This document shows positions 53,620 through 64,000 of a stretch of 64,000 nucleotides of DNA, one piece after another (the first letter of the stretch is position 1; each line of letters starts with the position of its first letter). Below the pieces are notes generated by a model. That model saw nothing but the letters and a program-made list of their open reading frames with translations. It was not told the DNA's origin and ran no database searches. The position numbers and the translations under genes were made by a program. The stretch is taken from NCBI RefSeq assembly GCF_964355755.1, contig NC_092673.1:9734001-9798000 (forward strand), given 5' to 3'. The stretch comes from Antedon mediterranea (lineage: Eukaryota; Animalia; Echinodermata).

Positions 53620-54457
53620 GTAAGTTTGATAGTATGAGTGATAAAACCATCCTGTTTGTCCCTACCCACGCTAGAAAAATTCTGTATTTAGTGGTCGTTA
53701 TATCTTTTTATAATATATATATATATACTTAATATTGAATTTTTGTTCTATATTAGGGAGCGTGCCCAAATGTTTTTACTCCGTTAACAGACTGTTCAAA
53801 TGCGTTAATAATATGCAAAACGTTAATGAGTTGGGTGGTCAGTTAATTGCAATCAGCACGTGCAAATTTATGTTTGATTGTTTAATGAATTAATGAAATG
53901 TTATGGATAAAACAGTTGAAACCATCACTTATTATTTAACAAATTAACGAGAGGAGGAGCTTATCTTTCTAGGCTTTTTAGTCTTTGTTATTAATTGTTT
54001 ATAGTATCGGGGATCTAAACAATAGGTACGTGATTGTCTAGCGGTAGCAGTAGTGCGGTATTCGCATCAATCTCATGTTACATCCAGGAACCAAAAATAC
54101 GTATTTTTTTCAAATGAAAATTGGCTATTCATTTGCTACTGTTAGAAATTTACATACATGTATCGCCCGACGTACCAGGCACTACTAGTACGTCAGTACT
54201 ACACTGCTCAAAAATACCATGAATCAGATCATAAATACTGTAGTATGCTTAGGCCTAGGCCTATATATATTTATTTTACCGTGTAGGCCTTAGGCCTATA
54301 TATATTTTTATTTTACAGTAGGCCTAGGACTAACTATAGAAAAACAAAGATACAGTATAATATTATATTAACTAGAAAGCCACTCCGAGAGTGCATACCT
54401 CCGTCTGCTGTAAAATTGTTCTACATCAGATTTAGTCACCGGAAAGTGTGTGTCTTA

Positions 54458-57431
54458 CCCTTTGCAAAAAAGCCGTATACGATCCGTATACGCTGAAAAC
54501 GTATACGACGTATACGGATCGTATACGATTTCACTGTTTACATTATTTCCACTCTGTTGCTCCACAAAGAGTTGGCGTCGTATACGTTTAGCATACGTAA
54601 CGTATACGTTGTTTATTCATGATAAGAATATCGTATACGGGACGTATACGAATCATATACGAACAAACTAGGCCATTTTATAAATTATAATAGCAGTAAT
54701 GAGTAGAATAGAGCTAAATAAAACATTTAAATTGTCATTACAACAAATACGTACGTAGGCTCTGGCCTAGGGCTAGGCCTCTAGCTAGCACCAGCCATTA
54801 GATAGGCCTAGTCTAGTAGTATTAATTATTAATAAGTAGTAGGAGCATCATATTTATTTCTATATTTATTAGATAGCCTAGGCTACCGATAAAATTCAAA
54901 CAACGTTTTTCGCAAGTAAATAAAGTACGCTAAACAGGTATACTACTAGGTAGGCCTAGAAAAAACAAGGGGCCATTTTCACAAATCGACGATGTTGTTT
55001 GCAGTTTTCCTTTATAAAATATGACAGAGGTCAGTAAGTGCAGCCGCCGACGACGACCGAGCGTCGCTCGGTTGCCTACAGTTCCAACTCGTGGTCGACT
55101 CGGCTCCCTGGTGGCCAATCATGCATATCATCGGGTGAATCATCGGGTTCGTCGTTCTCAATTCGTCACGCCACGTGCGAGCTTTGGGTGGTCAAATTAC
55201 ATCGTTATGTTAAGCGATATTATTCCGCGACGTGTGTTGTGTAGCATGGAGATTTCTCCATGGTTGTAGCAATGGAGATGGAGTAACAATAATTCGGCAA
55301 TGCCGAAGAGGAAAACCATGACCCAAAACAGAAATAAGGTCATTATAATAATTATTATTTAACGATGAATACATTCGGATTTTGAATATATATAAATTGT
55401 ATGAATTATGAATTATATATGAATAAAAAAAAAACACAATTTGTGGTGATAGTAAATACAATTATATCGAATCTCAATTTATTCCCGGTAGCGAACAGAT
55501 TGAATTGCTTTCATTATTTCTGCTTGGAGATTAAGAAATCATAAAACATATCTTTCTTTATTTTCATGGTATTCCAATAATTGTTTAAAAAATAACTACC
55601 CTCAACTTTAAATAACAAATTAAATAAGTCTACTAAACATTGTTGATTTCCCATGGACCCAACAATACCCCAACTATTTCATTAATAATTGTTTATTTGT
55701 AACAGTTTATTTGAAATCCTTGTCCTTTGTTAATTCAATTGTGTGACAATTAAATTGGATTGTACATGCTTATGCTGTATATTATGTAAAAACATGATTC
55801 ATGGTATATATCAGATTCTTATTAAAAAGATCAACACTTCTTAAAATGTGTTCTATATCTTTATTTGGAGTTAGACTCGTACGTACTACATTCATTAAAA
55901 TGATAAACAAATAGCCGGCAGGCGTGTGTACAGAGGGGGCTTGTCAATGATGGAGGCATAAAAATGGGGGCGTAGGGTACCATTTTACCAGGGAGACGTA
56001 AAATAATTATTTAACAAACATTTAACTGGTTGGTTTTACTGCGTTCGCGTACAATTTATCATTTGGATTTTTTAAGTTATATGTAGGTTATGTTAAATTG
56101 TATTTATCAGTGACAACTCTAGGAAATTTACAGCAATTAGTTCTGTATGCCTAAAATAGTAAAATGCTCTAAATAAAAACGTCGGAGCTTCTTTTTTGTA
56201 TTTCTGGCTGTGTAATGTTTTGTTGGCACCCCCTAACTCTGCAACGATGATATCCATAATGCATCGTATTTCCATTTCACCGTTGTTGATATACTACTAG
56301 CTAGAGTAGGTTATTAAAATAATACAATATAACCAAATCTAATATATGGGGGAAAGCTAGCTAGCTTATTTTCACAATGAGTGTACCACAGACTCTTTTC
56401 CTTGGCGTATTTTCCCTAGGCCTAGTTAACTCTTAGTTTACTAGAGCTGCTGCAGTAGCTATATACTGCATATTCGATATATACAATTACAATATGCCTA
56501 TATAATAGCCTAGCTAGCTAGAAGTCATCGAATTTACTATCTACCTGGGCCTACTGTAACTAGGCCTACATCCCATTTTTTATTTTTTTTTTTATGGTGA
56601 GTCAAAACCCGTAGCCAAAAAATCAACAATGATGATTGAAAATGAATGAAATCTGATCCATCCATGTGATGCATGCATGCAGGGCACATAACACAGGCAC
56701 GTTTTGGGCGAATTTATTTGGATCATTCCATATATATAATAGGGAGCCACATGTATTCTACATTTTTATTAAATCGTAATTTATGGATTTTACTTACTCG
56801 TTTTAAATTTAATATACTGCGGGCCCAATTTAATATTTACTTATTTATTTCCAAGTACATTAATATTATTTAAAGCACTTTCAAATTAATAACAGCACAT
56901 TTTGTGTGATTCAATTATTAATGGAACATACAAAAGGTAAAGAAATAGCAGAGGGGATAAACAAGGCAGAACAGCCTGGGTGGGTTTTTATGCTTGCTAG
57001 AAAAACAACGTCTAGTAAAAGACAGCACCAAATTTTCATTCGCGAAAACTATGAACTAAATCATCATAGGGAATTTAATGTACATATACCGACTGAAAAA
57101 AAACTAAATTGTACACTAATTATTGAAGTCAAGATGCTCCTGCGATCGTAAACGTATGCTATCGTCGTCTTGTAAAAAGAGGGACAGTCCCTTTTCGCTT
57201 GGTAATACGATGCAGTTTGTATACACGCGTCGTCGTATACGGATCATATACGGAGCGTATAATTAGGAAATTGTTTATAAATGATCGTATACGGTTCGTA
57301 TATGTTTATTATGCGGGCAGGAACTTCCGAATTGACGTATACGTTTCGTATACGAAGTGGACTTCCTATACGAAACATATACGAAACGTATGTAAATCGT
57401 ATACGTTCGTATACGGTTTTTTTGCAAAGGG
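54458..57431. mobile_element. ~3-kb non-autonomous DNA transposon (EnSpm/CMC-like)
   Basis: TA|CCCTTTGCAAAAAAGCCGTATACGA...TCGTATACGGTTTTTTTGCAAAGGG|TA, with subterminal arrays of CGTATACG. Confidence 0.85.
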
Positions 57432-57434
57432 TAA

Positions 57435-59045
57435 AGCTGCTTGTGAATTAGGCTAATTACACTATATAAGCATGTGTATGCGAGTTAGGTGTAAAGGTTA
57501 TGTAACCCGCCTTTCAACTAACAATAGCTTTAGCCGACTAACAATAGAACAGAAATGCGAAAATCAAACGAGTAAATTTGAAAAGAAATAGGGTTTTTAA
57601 ACTACTCGCATCAAAAAACTTGTACATTAAATCTAATTATGTTGTAAAATTACAAATCACAAAATATAACTCTTGTACAAAAATGAAGTTTTTTAGACAA
57701 TTGTAGTACAATTTTAGTTTACTTGTTACTTTAAGACTGCTCACTGGCGTTTGAAATTTCTGTCCTATCTTTTAACACTAGCAGGTCTGAAAAGTATATT
57801 AAAAATTGGTTCAGAATTGGGACCATGGTCCCAAATGGTCCCAAAATTTAATGGAATGGTCCTTGACCACATATCTATCTATTTTGGTAAAGATCTTGTA
57901 ATTACTTTTTGAGTAATCCTGCTAACAAACAAACACACAAACATACAAATGAAAGCACTCACCAAAAAATTCAGAATGATAACTTGAAAACTGTAGGCGC
58001 TATCGTGCTAACAAAGAAACAAACAAACAAAGTAAATACTATACTTGGCAAAATTCCTTTTTTGCCAAGTAATGAAATCACTCAGAAACTGAGAGAAGTA
58101 CTTGGCAAAATATATCCACTGATTCGGAGCATGTTGAAAGATACATTTTTTGCTTTAGGTATTAGCTTTACATTGTTAAAATCCTGCTGAGGTTAATAAT
58201 TTGTTTAAATAATTTTTTGATACAAACAATTCCGGCATTGCAACAATGACCTTTCTAAAATCAAGATTGACCAGAATAATGATCGAGGAGTGTCTTGAAG
58301 CTGTGCCGATTTTCAGCGCCTCTGCCTTTAACCCATGTTGTAAGCTTAACCGCTTGACTAGTCGACTAATGTTTTGGTCCATATGAAATCAAAGAATGTG
58401 TCCATGTTAAAAGAAGACACAATGCGTGCTATTTAATATATCGTACGGAAGATAAGCTTTTGTGACAAACAATATATCAATTTACCTGAAAATCAATAGG
58501 CATGTTCTGTAAGTATATACCTATGTACAGAAATAAGGAAGGACACACACTGGTACTAACAAAACTAATTATAAACTAACAATAATTTAATTTGAATAAC
58601 AATAGAACAGCAACGCCAAAAACAAACGGGTGAATTTGAAAAGAAATAGGTTTTTTAATACTACTCGTATCAAAAAACCTGTACATTAAATCAAATTATG
58701 TTTTAAAAATTACAAATCACAATTTATAACTCTTGCCTCTTGTACAAAAATGATGTTTTTTGGACAAGTAGTTCTCGAGAAAATGCAATTTCAGTACACT
58801 TGTTACTTTAAGACTGCTCGCCGGCTTTTGAAAATTGTCTCCTATATCAATAATAATAATATAAGTTTTGTTATTTGTGAAGTTATTTAAATAAACCAAT
58901 TTGGTTGATTTTCAATAGGCATGGTCTGAAAGTATATACCTATCTACACCCAAAAATTCAGAACGATAACTTGAAAACTGTAGGCGCTATCGTGTTAACA
59001 AACATACATACATACATACAAACAAAGTAAATACTATACTTGAGC
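57435..59045 (-). mobile_element. HINE-like element copies, family 3
   Basis: (acaa/acat)n microsatellite before the hairpin tacttggcaaaa...ttttgccaagta (~58042-58071); 58140-59040 recurs at 61450-62336. Confidence 0.6.
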
Positions 59046-59672
59046 ATGTTGAATTATAAACGAGCCAAGCAATAATGACACAATAATTAATTGGTAACAT
59101 TTCAAAGTTTATTAACACTAGTTAAGTCAAGTTCATTCCGTTTACGTTTTGCCATAATGATTTCCAAATTTATAATGATGCACATTTTTAGTGAAACATT
59201 CCTTTTTAAAGTCCTATTGCAATTGTGAATTTAACAATAATTTAAACAAAACAAAGACACAAAGTGGAATGTAAATTGAACTTTATTAAAAAACAATTCA
59301 TTTGCTAAAAAACAGGGAGCTGCTAAAAACAATAGACATTAAGACATAGCGCTTCACCGCAGTTCGATACGCAACAAAGCAATTGCCGCTTCGTGGGTTA
59401 ACAATGAACTGACCTGTCAATCACAGTGTAGCGCTCCATGGCAACATTATTTGATCGTACCGCGAAACGTCGCGCACTTCATGCATGGTCCGGTCAGGTA
59501 TGGTTAAAAGCTTTTGTACATTGTGAATGTATTGAATCCGAGTCAGCGACGACGATGTTACGTTGTTTTCGTAAATATTTGGAGTTTCAGACGCTAATTT
59601 TCGTGTTTTGTACTTAATAATTTGTCCGGATTCCGGAATTGGGTATTCCGGTTTTCATAATAAATTACAGTA

Positions 59673-61349
59673 CAGTACTGACTACATATCATATACCAAG
59701 CCCACACATTTTACACGGGTGTGAAAAACGCGTGACTCGCGTGTAATTAGGTACTAACAATACTGTCCATATTCACTCATGCATTACTGCATTGAGTAAT
59801 TCAACTGCAGCGAACTGTATTTATAATTTGTTGATGTTTTGTTCATATATATTATTATCATCAAACAGACAATAACTGGAATTACAGTACAGGATAACAG
59901 CATTTTATATAACAAAATATAGGCCTATTTGAAATAAAAAATCGATTTATTTATCATAGTGCATGATGCAATTATGTCTGTGATTGAAAATAGTCCTAGT
60001 TAGTAGGCCTACTACCGGGAGTACAGTACTACTATTCTAGGCCTAGTTTGCTTTCAGGGTTTGTTTATATATATTTTTAAGTCATATTTATTAAGTATTT
60101 GAGAAAACTCATTAAAAAAAACAAGGTAGAAAAGACCCAACAATATCTTTCAAAACACGATCGTTGCTGGTGGCCGAATGACGTACTTTCTGTACGCACC
60201 ACGTTGTAGAGTTCATCCATTGAGTACACACAGTTATTACAACGCCAGTATTGACATGCATGTATTTAGCGCGGTAACTAATGTACACCCCTGTTACGGA
60301 CTGGACCATTAATCGCTCCACGAAACCACGTTGGAGCGATTCTCCTCCGCACACAGCCAGAGCGAGAGAGAAGCGAGGTCGAATAAATACAAGTTTTTAC
60401 CATTTCCCGTCCAGGGGAAATCAGTTCTCTTATAATTACAGCCCCGATACCGTGCGCATATGTTTACGTTGATATTATTTAATTGCACACCTCATTTTGG
60501 ACTGTACCATTTTCGGAACCTTGTTTTGTTTTCATTATAAACATGGGCTGATGTCAGACAAATATCTGCTTTAAACGTCAATTTAGCAACTTATTAAGTC
60601 GTTTCATAAGCAGAGAATGTATAAAGCAAGTATACAATGCAGACATGTTAGATAGAAATATACTAAAGACATGTAATAAACGTGTTAGAAGAACGTAATA
60701 ATTTTACTTTCTACACTGAGCGGCGGAAAACCCATTCACAGTCACAGTTATTTGAGCGAATACTGTACTTGGCCTAAAACACTAGCGCTGTATTTTAATT
60801 TAAATATTTGGCTTTTGGTTACGAAAATACAAGGAAACATCATTTTATAATTTTACTATTATTAGGCTATTTATTGACCTATTAAAGATCGCTAAATATG
60901 TTTTTGTGGGGGGCTTAGGTACAGTAGCTCTCTATTCTAGCCTCCCTGTTGTACACTTCTCACTGTACGCCTCACGTCACATTATATAAAATAATACGAC
61001 GTGAACTCTAAACAAAACCCCGATGAAAAACAATTTACATGAATTCTATAAACTTTCTTATTTATTGTTTGCCTAAACAATAGAGAAAAAATAAACTTTG
61101 TTACATACAGTAACGGGCGGGTTCAGATTACATAAATATGATGGTAGGCCTAAACAATAGAAACAAAACAAACTGATACCCACGTGTGTGTTGTCGCGGC
61201 GTCGTACCGGGAGTTCCATATTTTACCAGTAAAAAGCTACAAAGTGATGACGTCATGGTCCACACGGCAAATACAGGCACGCGGCAATTACACATATTTT
61301 ACACGCGCGACAAACGCGGGTTATGGTACATGATTTGTAGTCAGTACTG
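59673..61349. mobile_element. Tc1/mariner-like MITE
   Basis: TA|CAGTACTGACTACATATCATATACCA...TGGTACATGATTTGTAGTCAGTACTG|TA (2 mismatches). Confidence 0.82.
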
Positions 61350-61449
61350 TACATTTAGAATAGGGACAAATTGGGCCATCCAAAAAAGTCCGGTTTTCCG
61401 TGAATTCCGGTTTTGGGAGAGTCCGGTATTGGGAGAGTTGACTGTATTA

Positions 61450-62336
61450 GCCTTACATGGTTCAAATCCTGCTGGGGTTTATACTTTTTTTTAAATAATT
61501 TTTAATACAAACAAACTCCGTCATTGCAACAATGACCTTTCTAAAATCAAGATTGACCAGGAGTTGGGGAGTGTCTTAAGCTGTGCCGATTTGCGGCGCC
61601 CCTGCCTTAACCCATGGAGTAAGCTTAACCGCTCGACCAGTCGACTAATATTTTGGTCCATATCAAAGAATATGTCCATGTTAAAAGCGTGCTACTTAAT
61701 ATATCATACAGAAGATAACCTTTTGTGACATGACTAATATATCAATTTTCCTGAAAAGCAATAGGCATGTTCTGTAAGTATATATATGGAAATGGTATAT
61801 ACCTATGTACAGAATAAAATAAGGAAGGACATACGCTGGTACTAAAAAACTAATTTTCAACTAACAATAGATAAATTTGAATAACAATAGAACAGCAACG
61901 CAAAAAACAAACGGGTGAATTTTAATAGAAATAGGTTTTTTAAACTACTCGTTTAAAAATTCATGTACATTAAATCATTAAATTAAATTATATTTGACAA
62001 TTACAAATCACAATTTATAACTCTTGCCTCCTGTAGAAATATGATGTTTTTTCGACAAGTAGTTCTCGAGAAAATGCAATTTCAGTACACTTGTTACTTT
62101 AAAACTGTTCGCCGGCTTTTGAAAATTGTCTCCTATCTTTTAACACTAGCCGGTCTGAAAATAATATCATTTTAGTTATTTGTGAAGTTATTAATAAACC
62201 AATTTTGTTGATTTTCAATAGGCATGGTCTGAAGGTATATACCTATCTACATCCAAAAACGATAACTTGAAAACTGTAGGCGCTATCGTGCTAACAAACA
62301 AGCAAACACACAAACAAATTCTTTTTGCCAAGTAAC
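61450..62336 (-). mobile_element. Second copy of the ~0.9-kb family 3 repeat
   Basis: Direct repeat of about 58140-59040; ends ttttgccaagtaa. Confidence 0.75.
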
Positions 62337-64000
62337 TAGCCTTCGCGCATAGCGCGATACTTTGCCAAATCAAAATTGGCCTCCTGACATTGACCCAATT
62401 TTCACCAAAAGTGTGTGTCTTATCAGTGGGACAGCCAGTCGACAAATCGTGTCAAATTTCGACTCGGAGAGGGCGCCCTACTTTTCTAATTTCGTTCAAA
62501 ATTGCTAAATTTTAGGGTGTTGGAAAAACACAATATTTGTAAATTTAGCTGATTATCGGAAAAATATTGTTAGTGAAATAAATTCATAAATGGTTTTAAT
62601 ATATTGTCATGTAAAATTAAATGTATTTGAACAAAACGATAATCTGTAATTTAAAATAAAATATTTAGAAAAATTGAACAGTCCTGAATTTAAAATCCCT
62701 GTTAGAAAAATTAATAATCTACAGAATACGATATTAAGATACAAAATTCGGTGGTTGGGATGCAGCTCCGACTATTCAAACTAAAGGTACCACTATTTGT
62801 TCCATCGAAAACTAGCGAAACCGCCATTTTGTAAACACATCGTCATCGTGTTTATGAATTTATTTATAGCGAACGATATACGCGATGTTTATAATTGTCC
62901 GCGTATAAGAATTCATATAAATAAATACATTCCAATACAACGTATATTATTACTTGTTTATTTATCACAGTATACATTTTAGTTGAGGAATATTTATCAT
63001 AACTATTATAATAGCTTTTATACGAGTCCGAGGCCTAGCCCTATTAGCGAGCGATTGTTCCAGGGGCGGAAAGTCACTTAGTGACGTTGTGATCGGGCGC
63101 GTCGGGCCTAGCTAATATTAATAATATGACCTGAAATAAGCGGCTAACAAGAACTGTTATATACTTGCTTACAATTGTTTTGTTATTGATGAACAAACAA
63201 GCAATTAGATTGAATAACAAATTATTTATTCATTTTTTTTGGGTAAAAACATGTACAAACTAGTACTGTATAATATAAATTAATAGTAATATTAAACTAA
63301 TACAGTATTAATAAAATATAAAATAGGCCTAACATACAATAAAATTCAATTTTTAAGGTCTACCACATGACAATAACATAATTTACAGAGTATAGTGTAG
63401 TAGGTTTGCATTCAACATAAATATTTGTATTGTAATTCATCTAAATCCTCTGCAACATACATATACTGTATTTGTAATTCAACATTTTGTTTTAAATAAT
63501 TAAATTTTAGTTTGGGTATGACAATGTCTGTAGGTACCGGTGTCATCTTTCAGAAAAAATAATAAATATTATTTAAAAAAAATTGTAATGTCTGGTTGTA
63601 TATATAATTATAATATTGTATGATGACATAAAAGTAAGGCAAATGGAAGCTGTATTTTATTAATTAATATTACAGTATTTGCTATTATTATTTATACAAT
63701 CTAGGCCTAATAGTAGCCTAGCTAGGCATCTATTGAGCCTAATAAATCAAATAATAAATGAAAAATAAAATAATAATATTAATACTGATTGAAAAAAAGT
63801 ATTTTTTGGGGGGATCAGATCACCAGGCTAGGCCGGCCAGGACCAATGATACTCGTAATCAGTACAACTTAACGACTATCGGATCAGCATCAACACAGTA
63901 CAACACACGTCTCGCTATCGCCTATAGTGACACACGTGTCTCGCGTTGCCGAAACCACGCTCACAGCTAGAAAATGTACCTACCTTTCGAGGCCTGAGAA

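Noticed and set aside
53620-64000. Further Notch exons (EGF32 onward) or a truncated gene
   Set aside because: I found no EGF- or LNR-like exon; the region is mostly repeats, so a long intron running past the window edge is the simplest reading.

Overview
AT-rich animal genomic DNA; the repeat content and the strong TAGGCCTA excess suggest a marine invertebrate, possibly an echinoderm, but that is inference. The window holds the 5' part of one Notch receptor gene on the + strand. I assembled 16 GT-AG coding exons by hand (12674-53619; 3709 nt, about 1236 aa), encoding a signal peptide and EGF repeats 1-31. EGF32-36, LNR, transmembrane and ankyrin regions must lie beyond base 64000. The upstream region and introns are packed with decayed and nested mobile elements: L2/Crack-, CR1- and RTE-type LINE fragments, two deleted Gypsy (Mag-like) LTR elements, a Penelope-like remnant, a non-autonomous Helitron, several Helentron/DINE-1-like elements and many MITEs with TA, TTA, TTAA, 8-bp or 9-bp target duplications. 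There are no prokaryotic systems, CRISPR arrays or RNA genes. The observations most worth following up: (1) TAGGCCTA/TAGCCTA motifs that paralog comparison shows are short insertions at TA, consistent with transposon excision footprints; (2) substitutions at normally conserved ligand-binding and O-fucose positions of this Notch; (3) a higher-order tandem array built from a Helentron-like end; (4) perfect CSL/Su(H) sites, two of them carried by a transposon family.
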